Positions 22,421-30,579 of a DNA stretch of 64,000 nucleotides are shown here, piece by piece. The stretch comes from Naegleria gruberi (lineage: Eukaryota). A program made the translations under genes and the position numbers. A model generated the notes under the pieces. It saw only the letters and a program-made list of their open reading frames with translations, made no database searches and was not told where the DNA came from. The stretch lies in the NCBI GenBank assembly GCA_000004985.1, contig GG738929.1; one strand, written 5' to 3'. Each line of letters begins with the position of its first letter. The first letter of the stretch is position 1.

Positions 22421-22786
22421 ATCCCATCACATCGTCCCCTTCCATACAGAGTGGAAACAAATCCTTCTCCAATTCGGTGAGTGATTCCACTTCAGATAAA
22501 ACCTTTTCATGAGTGAAGAGAAATTTAATGTACTCTCGGAGGGGAAATATCTTTAGAAGGAGCTTGGTTTCTTGAATGTATTTTGAACGGAGGAGGAAAC
22601 AACGAGGTGTTTCATCCAGAAGGATTCTCACTGCAGGTTGTATTATTTGAACTAGAGACATTTTTTGAATCAAAAAGTTTAATTCAGATCTGAAATTTAC
22701 ACTCCCAAATTCAGTTCAATTCTAAAATCCATTATTGTTATTATTGTATGAAATTTGAGTTTTACAATTTACATTACAATAATATG

Positions 22787-24331
22787 CTAATAGTAACAAT
22801 CGTCAAAAATATCATCTCCATCAAGTTCCTCAACTTTCTCAATACCATTTGTGAATGTGAATGGTTTCTTGTTTGCTCCACTCTCATCATTTCTTGAAGA
22901 GTAGAAATAATCTTGGATATTAAAGAGTTTACGTTTGTGAGTCATAGCATATGAAGCCATAAATTTCACAATATTAATTGGATCATTTGTACCATTTCCT
23001 AATATTTTCCCAATCATTGATAGATATTCTGATTCAACATTATTGGTGGGCTCATCAAATCTACTCTTTTCAGAACAGTTTTGATAAATGTAAACTGAAT
23101 CTTTTGGATTATTGAAATAACATTCGAGTCCAACATCAACAAAATCATCATCTCCAGTATAGTTTTCACATTCATATTTCAAAGAAAAGAACTTGTACTT
23201 TTCTTGGAGACTTCCTCTGATCCTTATATCAAATTCAACTTTTTCATAACAGTTCTCCTCATTAAAAATTCGAACAACAGTCACAGGAGAACACCAAGTA
23301 ACATTTTTGAAAGCTGGTGATGGAGCTTGAAGAGTTTTAGCTATCCTTGTTGATGATAAATTGTTGGCAGAGAATCGCACAAACTTCAATATTGAATTAA
23401 TTGATTTTTTTGGGATTTTACACATCTTATCAATTAGATCTGAGGCAAATTGGATTCCTTTCTTGCTTGGAACATTTTCGCACCACCCAAACTTATCAAC
23501 CCTCTCTAGTATGTTACAGCCAGGTGCTTTTGTATATGCTTCAATCAATGATTGATAAATTGTATCCATATTCTTCTCTGGAAGCAGAGTTTTAATTAAT
23601 GCTTGTATATTTCCCCTAACACCGAAGGCAGTTGTTTTCAATACAGCATCTAACCCACATTTGTCAATATCTATTTCTTCCAAACTGGCTTTTTCATAAT
23701 GAATAAGAACTCTATTATTACATGAAATGACAAATGTTGAAAGTAAGTGATTAAAAGATCGAAAAGTAGCATAATCTATCTTGATCAATAAATACTGATT
23801 CGAATCTCTTACAAGGAGTTTCTTAATTGAGGAAGTGAATGAAGAATTTCCTGTTTTAACAACATTAAAGCAAAATAAGCTTCCTAAATTCTTGTCTATC
23901 ATTATATTTTCCTTAATTTCCTTGTCCAAAATTGCAATTTCAGCATTTAATCTATAACATATTCCAAGAAAGAAGTTTCTCGTATCTACCTCTGAAGTAA
24001 ATTCTCTACATGCTTCTTTCATTAACATTGCAATCTTTCTTGATTGATAATGATATAAAAAATTATCCCCATCCATAATATTCCTAATTGATGTACAAGT
24101 TGCATACAATGAACATTGTGTATCCAAAGAGGAAAAACTACAAATTTCGTCCAAAATTCCTAATTCCATCGGAAAACATTTTGTCATCATTGAATTATTA
24201 GCTGCTGCTGCGGATGACACTGCAGAGGAATTCAATAATGGAGTTGGTGATGATGATTCATTAGAGATCTTTGCAATTTTTTGCCCTTCATATCCAGAGT
24301 TAGATTCAGCCTCTGATGATGTTCTTTTCAT
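22787..24331 (-). CDS. F-box-like domain protein (hypothetical)
   Basis: The N-terminal motif CFPMELGILDEICSFSSLDTQCSLYATCTSIRNIM is F-box-like. The real ATG is at 24331 (MKRTSSE...); the track start at 24364 is a GTG. The rest is unrecognised. Confidence 0.5.
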   Translation of the reverse strand: MKRTSSEAESNSGYEGQKIAKISNESSSPTPLLNSSAVSSAAAANNSMMTKCFPMELGILDEICSFSSLDTQCSLYATCTSIRNIMDGDNFLYHYQSRKIAMLMKEACREFTSEVDTRNFFLGICYRLNAEIAILDKEIKENIMIDKNLGSLFCFNVVKTGNSSFTSSIKKLLVRDSNQYLLIKIDYATFRSFNHLLSTFVISCNNRVLIHYEKASLEEIDIDKCGLDAVLKTTAFGVRGNIQALIKTLLPEKNMDTIYQSLIEAYTKAPGCNILERVDKFGWCENVPSKKGIQFASDLIDKMCKIPKKSINSILKFVRFSANNLSSTRIAKTLQAPSPAFKNVTWCSPVTVVRIFNEENCYEKVEFDIRIRGSLQEKYKFFSLKYECENYTGDDDFVDVGLECYFNNPKDSVYIYQNCSEKSRFDEPTNNVESEYLSMIGKILGNGTNDPINIVKFMASYAMTHKRKLFNIQDYFYSSRNDESGANKKPFTFTNGIEKVEELDGDDIFDDCYY

Positions 24332-24533
24332 TTTTTTTTTATTGTTTATTTCCAGATAACACACAACATTCTCGACATTCTTTGATGTTCCAATTTCAAT
24401 TTGATTGTAAACAAGAGTAAAAAAATTGAAGATGAGTTGAAAATCTATTTGTGTTAATATAGATTGAAGTAAATAATGGTGATTTAAAAAACACTAATAT
24501 TAGAATGAATATTAAAAAACCAATTCAAAGAAA

Positions 24534-26507
24534 ATGTACTCACTGCACCAACACACTACTCAAGATGAATGTAATGATCATTCACATTCTGATACCTTCT
24601 TCGATGATAATAGTACTATTGAGTCATTGCTCAATGATGATTTGTTTTCACACCTTGCTGGCAATACTCAAGCACCATCAGAGAGTGGAGTTTCTAATTC
24701 TTGTCATGATTTTGAAGATGATAACGATGATAATGAACGAGTTGACAATGAAGAAGAAAGTATGCCACCTTGTAAACACCTAACACCAGATGCAAAGAAG
24801 GAGAAGGAGGAATTTGTTGCTAGAAAATTAACAGAAGAGGAAATTCCAATGGAAAGAACAATATTTTGCAGTAATTGTACTTCATGCACTTCATGTGTCT
24901 GTCAGAAGAATAAGCTTCCCTGTACAGTTAAATGTGCATGTCAAATTAAATGTAAAAATTTGAGAAAAGAAGTACTAACTGATAATTGGATTCAACACAA
25001 AACCTTACCAGAAAGAAATATTGAAAGTCCACTAATAGTTGGTCCAATTAATGTGAAACAAGATTTATCCATAAAGGAATCATTTCAATTGATTTGGACA
25101 CCTGATATTATAGAACACATTTATGAGAGAACCAATAGAAAGTTTGAATATTGGCAAATTTACTCAGATGAGATTAAAATGTATAAACTTGCAATTAAAG
25201 ACAAATCCAAAAAGAGAAAGAGAATGAACAATAACACTAATCCATCTGAATCCATTGAATTATGTTCAGATATCGAATATGATCAGCCAGTTAGAACTCC
25301 AAAAAAGATATTTCCTGATTTTGATGAATATTTCACAAAATGTAAAACTGAAAACAAAATATTAGAAGAAAAGTTTTCAAGAAAGCAAATTACTAACTTT
25401 TTAAATATTTCTATATTGATGAATACTACATGTAAAATTCCAAACATTTGCAATTATTGGACAATATCAGGACTTGATGCAGCCCTTTATGGAAATGGAA
25501 TATTCAGATATTTAATGAGTAGATCAATGTTTAATCAAATCAAGCAGAATTTAACATGTGACTCTGATTTTTTGGAAATGAGAGTGAATGAGAATTCTAG
25601 AAAATTTTGGAAATGTTTCAAAGAAATTTCAGTGGATGAAATAATTGCTCCTTTCAAGGGAAAGATTAGTGACAAACAGTTTCTCCCCACCAAACCTCAC
25701 AATTATGGATTGAAATATTATACACTATCTGATTGGGTTGGGTATGTTTATGCATTTTGGTTGTCAAAACACGAACATAAATCAGATAAAATTGTTTTAG
25801 ATCTTATTGAGCATATTGATGATCCACAGAATCATATTTTAGGTGTCGACAATTATTATGGATCATTAAATTTAGCAAATCAATTATCAGAAAAAGAATG
25901 GAATTATGTCATGACAGTGAGGGCTAATAGACCAACATTTCTTTTCAGTGATGGATTGTTGAAACATCTCAAAAGAAGCAAAACTAAAAAGTGGACTCAA
26001 GCTGTCCATAAAAACAATCACATGGCTGCTGTTTCTCTCAATGATCACAAAAAGGTTAATTTTTTAACTAATTTGGGAAGTAATCAAACATTTCATTCAC
26101 AACCACTTGTTCAGAAATATGAAAGAATGGGTTGTGTTGAATTGTCTGGAATCAATCTTTACAAAATGGATGTTCCCTTCGAGGTAAATAATTGGAAAAT
26201 CATCCATCTCTTTGAAGTTCTACGTATAGCTCTCGTTAATCAATATTTAATTTATAAGCATGTTAGAAACTTAACTAATTTGACCCTCAATGAATATTTG
26301 CAAGAGGCAACATTATCTCATTGTGAATCCACCAACCCAAATTTCAAAAGAACAATACATTTCCCATCCAGTGTCAAAACTCGTGGACTTTGTGAGCATT
26401 GTAAGAATTTTCATTCTCTCACTCCTATCAAATGTCCTGCTTGTAATTCCTACCTTCATCAAAAGTGTTTTGTAGATTTTCACCTTAAAAAACACATTTA
26501 TTATTAA
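24534..26507 (+). CDS. piggyBac-transposase-derived protein (DDE_Tnp_1_7) with an N-terminal CXC/tesmin-like Cys-rich region and a C-terminal Cys-rich zinc-finger tail; probably a domesticated or solo transposase gene
   Basis: The piggyBac catalytic-core signatures are present: SVDEIIAPFKGKISDKQFLPTKPHNYGLKYY and VDNYYGSLNLANQL...VMTVRANRP. The N-terminal segment CSNCTSCTSCVCQKNKLPCTVKCACQIKC is Cys-rich. The C-terminal segment CEHCKNFHSLTPIKCPACNSYLHQKC is also Cys-rich. I found no TTAA-flanked CCCTAGAAAG-type terminal inverted repeats in the flanks. Confidence 0.7.
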   Translation: MYSLHQHTTQDECNDHSHSDTFFDDNSTIESLLNDDLFSHLAGNTQAPSESGVSNSCHDFEDDNDDNERVDNEEESMPPCKHLTPDAKKEKEEFVARKLTEEEIPMERTIFCSNCTSCTSCVCQKNKLPCTVKCACQIKCKNLRKEVLTDNWIQHKTLPERNIESPLIVGPINVKQDLSIKESFQLIWTPDIIEHIYERTNRKFEYWQIYSDEIKMYKLAIKDKSKKRKRMNNNTNPSESIELCSDIEYDQPVRTPKKIFPDFDEYFTKCKTENKILEEKFSRKQITNFLNISILMNTTCKIPNICNYWTISGLDAALYGNGIFRYLMSRSMFNQIKQNLTCDSDFLEMRVNENSRKFWKCFKEISVDEIIAPFKGKISDKQFLPTKPHNYGLKYYTLSDWVGYVYAFWLSKHEHKSDKIVLDLIEHIDDPQNHILGVDNYYGSLNLANQLSEKEWNYVMTVRANRPTFLFSDGLLKHLKRSKTKKWTQAVHKNNHMAAVSLNDHKKVNFLTNLGSNQTFHSQPLVQKYERMGCVELSGINLYKMDVPFEVNNWKIIHLFEVLRIALVNQYLIYKHVRNLTNLTLNEYLQEATLSHCESTNPNFKRTIHFPSSVKTRGLCEHCKNFHSLTPIKCPACNSYLHQKCFVDFHLKKHIYY

Positions 26508-26725
26508 ACAATTAAATCAAAGATATTTAGATTTCAATAAAGTATTGAATCTTAATACTTTTTGCCATCAAAACCTTCAGTTTAAGCGACTAGAAAATAG
26601 GGGGAACCTTTGCCAATTTTTCAATACCAAACAAAGGGATAAAAACAGTTTAATAAGTATTAAGTTATTTAATAAAATACTTTTAAGCAATCAAGATCTT
26701 GTTTTCAATCTATGACTAAGAAAAA

Positions 26726-26843
26726 GACTACAGCACCACAGGTTCCCAAGTTGTCTCCAACCTCAGTACTGATGTGGCTCGACGATGCTTAACTTCTCAA
26801 ATCGGACGGGATGAGGTGCATGAATCGTGATATGGCCGTAGCC
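26726..26843 (-). rRNA. 5S ribosomal RNA gene (copy 1), 118 nt, followed by a T-run Pol III terminator
   Basis: The reverse complement reads GGCTACGGCCATATCACGATTCATGCACCTCATCCCGTCCGATTTGAGAAGTTAAGCATCGTCGAGCCACATCAGTACTGAGGTTGGAGACAACTTGGGAACCTGTGGTGCTGTAGTC followed by TTTTTC. The universal 5S blocks are present: CTACGGCCATA, CATCCCGTCCGAT, GAAGTTAAGCA, AGTACT, GGAGAC, TGGGAA and GGTGCTGTAG. The two ends pair to form helix I. Confidence 0.8.
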
Positions 26844-26899
26844 ATTTCCTATCATTAAATCTTAATTTTGAATAAGAATATTACTGATTTTTAAATCTA

Positions 26900-27385
26900 A
26901 TGTTTTCGTCTATGAATTCTATCTATTCTAACAATATTCTTTTCAATTTACAATTAAGACGGGAAGCCTGCCAGGAATATGGCGACAATCCCGCTACAGT
27001 CTTTGACTGTATGAACAGTGAAGGCAACGATCTTGCGATAGTTGGTTTGTTCAATTTGGTTGAGGAAATTAAGAAGATAACTGGCCTACTATTTATTTGT
27101 TGGCAATTAGCAAAGTTCTTCTTAAATTTTGGTTTGATTCTTTCACAAGATCAAATTTTGAATGCTATTGGTAAACCAGTCTTATCATTTGTTGTTGCAG
27201 ATTTCGAAGATTCTGATATGGAAGAAGTTTATCCAAACGAACCAGTTTCTTTGAAGGAAGGAGAAATTTTCAAATTGTATGGTAAAATCAAAAACTCTGG
27301 AAAGGAAACAGCTAAGGTTGCTGTATCTTTCAGATATGGTTCAAAGATTTATCACATTCAAGAACTTGATATTCCAACAAGTTAA
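26900..27385 (+). CDS. Hypothetical protein (possibly with one unannotated intron around 27048..27149)
   Basis: The ORF has a real ATG. The middle segment GLFNLVEEIKKITGLLFICWQLAKFFLNFGLILSQDQ looks like intron read-through (a GTTTGT...CACAAG candidate). The C-terminal part (about 90 aa) is coding-like but unrecognised. Confidence 0.3.
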   Translation: MFSSMNSIYSNNILFNLQLRREACQEYGDNPATVFDCMNSEGNDLAIVGLFNLVEEIKKITGLLFICWQLAKFFLNFGLILSQDQILNAIGKPVLSFVVADFEDSDMEEVYPNEPVSLKEGEIFKLYGKIKNSGKETAKVAVSFRYGSKIYHIQELDIPTS

Positions 27386-27402
27386 CCGAGTTGATACAAA
27401 TA

Positions 27403-27470
27403 AACGGTGAGACGGGCAACGGGATGAACGGGATTCAGGCCGTTTCTTATTCTAAACGGGAGATTCTCTC
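27403..27470. promoter_or_regulatory. Cluster of five or six (A/C/G)AACGG(G) motifs (Myb-type YAACGG-like) in 68 bp
   Basis: The motifs are aaacggtga, gacgggcaacggg, gaacggg and aaacggg, plus an inverted ccgtttc. The cluster is GC-rich relative to its surroundings and sits in the 1.3-kb intergenic region. Confidence 0.25.
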
Positions 27471-28643
27471 CGCTTAATACTACAAGCTGGCAATTCAAAT
27501 ATGGAGAGAGAGCTTAGTAACATTAATAAAATGAATGAGACATAATTACTTTTTGAATTTTCCTTTTATATTTGAAACTTTGACTCTGCTTACTTTCAAT
27601 TGTTTGTTTAATATGGCTTGCTTGACTGAAGAATAAGCAATAACTAACACATCCAAACATCACCAAATTGGTCTGACTGGATTTTGAAGAAAAAATATTT
27701 CAACATCTAGTACGTGATGTACTTTGATGATTTACGGAGTGGTTTCACATCTTTATACCACAATAATTTCAGCCCTTCATCTATACATCATCTATATAAT
27801 AGTAGTAATAATGATTTTTATTGGAAAATTATCATCATGAAATTAGAAATCATTTTTCATCATGGAAAAATTGATGTTGGTGATACCATCATCTGATCAT
27901 TCACCAACCATCATCAATGATATTTTCCATCGATATAATAATAGTATTTAGTTATGATAGGGAAAGGTATGTGTGAAATTTGAAAATACACATGTATACT
28001 ACCCATCATGTACTTCACCAAATCAAAAAGTTTCTTCTAGTAGTACTATTTAAATTGATAATAAACATCATATTTATTATAATTTATTCCTGTTCTTTTG
28101 TGTTGGTCAGGTTCCTGTTTGGTTGACTAAGAATTGGTTATTTACTCGCCCAAATTAAATTTCCAAATCGTGCAGCTTTCCCATGTATTAGTAAATATCA
28201 AATTAATAATAAATTTCACTTTTTTTTTAATTTTTTATATAAGGCATTCCTTAACACTCTTTTTTTCCCTTAATTCTGAATAACTCTTGGATCAGATGAC
28301 GAAACTTGAATTTTTTGAATAATTATGGATATATATAAATAATGACAATGCTACTAACTGTAATTGGCATGTTTTATTCTTTGCGAATAAACTTGAAACA
28401 AATCTATTCAAAGATTTGCTAATTTGTTAGTTGAAATTACAAAATAAAACAACGAAACTTGAAATGATAACATACATGAATGCACACATCGAGTGGGGAA
28501 AGTTTCATGAAATAATAATGTGAAATTTGATCTTGGGAATGAAATCGCTAAGAACAAGTAGATTAAATCCAACAACAAATGGAATCAATTAGAACAATTT
28601 TAGAATGTTACTGTGTTATTGAGCTTAATATCCATTCTTAATT

Positions 28644-28735
28644 CCGTTTCTTACTTCAGACTGCCCCGTTGGACAGTTTCTTACTTGAGGCGGATTCCGT
28701 GAGACTGTGTGTTCCGTCACTCCGTTTCTTAGTAT
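28644..28735. promoter_or_regulatory. Second cluster of CCGTTTC / CCCCGTTGG (reverse-strand AACGG) motifs immediately upstream of the 28754 gene
   Basis: The motifs are tccgtttcttac, ccccgttgg, cagtttcttac, ttccgtga, ttccgtcac and tccgtttcttag. The cluster lies within 110 bp of the ATG at 28754. Confidence 0.25.
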
Positions 28736-28753
28736 TCACTCAGTGTCCTAACA

Positions 28754-29263
28754 ATGTTCCTGAAGAGGCTGCCATGCCAACTTTGTGGGCTCAACAAAAG
28801 ATTGACTCTCTCTCTGCATTCCCTCAACTGTGCACAAGAAGCTAAAGATAAGCAAGAAAAGGAAAAGTTAGAAAGAATTATTAGTATGTGGAAGGAAAGA
28901 GTTAATTGGCATAAGACTGACTTTAAATTACCTGAAGAAAAGCCAGAAAAGGAAAAGAAAAAGTTGGCTGCAATGGATGACTGTATTTCTGAATCTCTCT
29001 CTGTACAATCCTCTAGTTTGGATCGTTGTTGTAGATGTGAGGAGAATAGAGAATGTTGCAGACGTTCTTGTGCACCATCTCCAAGTTGTGCTAGAGGTTG
29101 TTGTTGTCGTTCTGCTAGTCCTTCTTTGAGTTGTTCAGATATCAGTTCAGGTCCACCACCACCTTCTGGAGGTGCAGGTAGTCCACCACCTCCTTCTGCT
29201 AAGTCAACAGCCTCTCAAGAAGAACCTAGTGTTGCTGGTACCATTCCATCTGGTAATTCATAA
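28754..29263 (+). CDS. Cys- and Pro-rich small protein (hypothetical)
   Basis: It is a 169-aa ORF with strong T-ending codon bias (tgt, cgt, tct, gct, cct). It has Cys clusters CCRCEENRECCRRSC...GCCCRS and PPPPSGGAGSPPPPS. Its 3-prime end overlaps the 3-prime end of the convergent actin-like ORF by about 50 bp. Confidence 0.4.
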   Translation: MFLKRLPCQLCGLNKRLTLSLHSLNCAQEAKDKQEKEKLERIISMWKERVNWHKTDFKLPEEKPEKEKKKLAAMDDCISESLSVQSSSLDRCCRCEENRECCRRSCAPSPSCARGCCCRSASPSLSCSDISSGPPPPSGGAGSPPPPSAKSTASQEEPSVAGTIPSGNS

Positions 29264-29904
29264 GAAACATCAGTCAGTGCCTTTTCATTTTCCTGTTCAA
29301 AATCCAATGCAACATAGCAAATATTATGCTTAATATCTGTCATGACATCTGTTGGATGCTCTGCAAAATATGGTATTTTACATCCAACAAATGCTTGAAC
29401 CAAATATTCAGTAATTTCCCTTCCAGCAAAATTCCAACTTGAAATGGCATGTGTCAAGGCATATCCTTCATAGACAGGAACAGCTCTTGATACCATCTCT
29501 CCCAAATCCAAAACAATTCCACTTGTCTTGCCAGATGCAAACAATGCCAACACTCCTTGCATTGCCACATAAAAATTTGATATATTAAACTCCTCAAACA
29601 CGATCTGCGTCATCCTCTCTCTATTACACTTTGGTTCCCTCACTGCTTCACTCATCAAGATTGGATGTAATTCTGGCCTGCATCTCAATTCTTCATAAAT
29701 GGTTTGTCTCCAAACTAGTTCCATATCAGATATGTTGGTAATGACACAATGTTCAATTGGATATTTCAATGTACAGATACCTCTCTTAGCAATGGCTTCA
29801 TCACCAACTACAGTGGTGCTTGTTGATTTCTTGTGATGGCCAACTATGGTTGGAAAGATTGATGTCGGAGTATTGTCTTGTTCATTTGCTATTCCTACTT
29901 TCAT
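29215..29904 (-). pseudogene. Actin-family fragment (divergent actin / Arp-like, truncated at both ends)
   Basis: It aligns to actin from about residue 15 to about residue 245: SIFPTIVG, GDEAIAKRGICTLKYPIEHCVITN, ELRCRPELHPILMSEAVREPKCNRERMTQIVFEEF, SGIVLDLGEMVSRAVPVYEGYAL, DIKHNICYVALDFEQE and YELPDG. It lacks the N-terminal phosphate-1 loop (DNGSG) and the C-terminal third, and no continuation is found downstream. Confidence 0.5.
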
Positions 29905-29958
29905 ATTACAAGATCAGTAAATAAATATCTCAGTTTAGTTTCTGAATAAAAAGTTGAA

Positions 29959-30051
29959 ACCCAGTGTCAGGACTTGAACCTGAATTATGTGATTTGGACT
30001 TGTTGTTTAAGTATCGTCAGATTCACATGTCTTTCATTAGACTACACAGGG
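29959..30051 (-). tRNA. tRNA-like element, best fit tRNA-Gln(CUG) with a 23-nt intron after position 37; possible pseudogene
   Basis: A manual fold gives the acceptor CCCTGTG/CACTGGG (6 of 7), U8, and D-stem GTCT/AGAC. The anticodon stem is TGTGA/TCACA with loop ATCTGA|intron|A. The T-arm TCAGG-TTCAAGT-CCTGA is perfect. The D-loop is short and lacks GG, which is why I suspect a pseudogene. Confidence 0.3.
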
Positions 30052-30579
30052 TTGAGTGGAATTGTTTTTTGGGTTTGATGTGTTGGCTGTGTTCAAGGAT
30101 TATGAATCAGATTTTTGGTTTCAATGAATTAACATTTTCCAAATTTACCTTTCAAAGTTTGTTAAAAATCGGATTTTTGTGGCTTAATAATATCAGAGTT
30201 GTTTCTTAAGGAATGAAGAAATGTTGTTTACCCCCGATTATTTCGTAATTTTCTGACAACCATACGCCCCTAAATGAAAAGATAGATTTCTGCACCTCCT
30301 TCACCACCTCAAACTATAATTCATGTCTCTTCCCCATCGTTTTCGGTTGTTTTAAAAAAAAGACAAAAAATAACTTGAAACCTCACTCCTTACCATTATT
30401 AAGCATTTTTCATCATTATCACACCATCAAAAATGTTGAACACCCACTAGTAATGTTCTTCTACATGGTTTTATGTAGAAACCATCTAAAATTCATCTTC
30501 ACTAGCCCAAAAAATTCATTTCCTCTGTTGAAGAATATTTTCTGGTTTCTTTTTTTCTGTTCGGATTACAATTAAAAAA

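Noticed and set aside
22380-22425. A 35-nt GT...AG segment that would join the 22392..22673 ORF to the DUF4116 ORF
   Set aside because: It is far shorter than any supported intron in the window (47 nt minimum) and lacks a GTAAGT-like donor.
26560-26620. Sequence ctagaaaataggggg resembling the piggyBac terminal motif CCCTAGAAAGATA downstream of the transposase gene
   Set aside because: It is in the wrong orientation for a right end. No matching inverted partner or TTAA duplication exists on the other side, so it is probably chance.
26711-26791. Small ORF MTKKKTTAPQVPKLSPTSVLMWLDDA conserved in both copies of the 160-bp repeat (with 37566..37793 as a longer version)
   Set aside because: It is the antisense strand of the 5S rRNA genes. 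The conservation is explained by the rRNA, not by a peptide.
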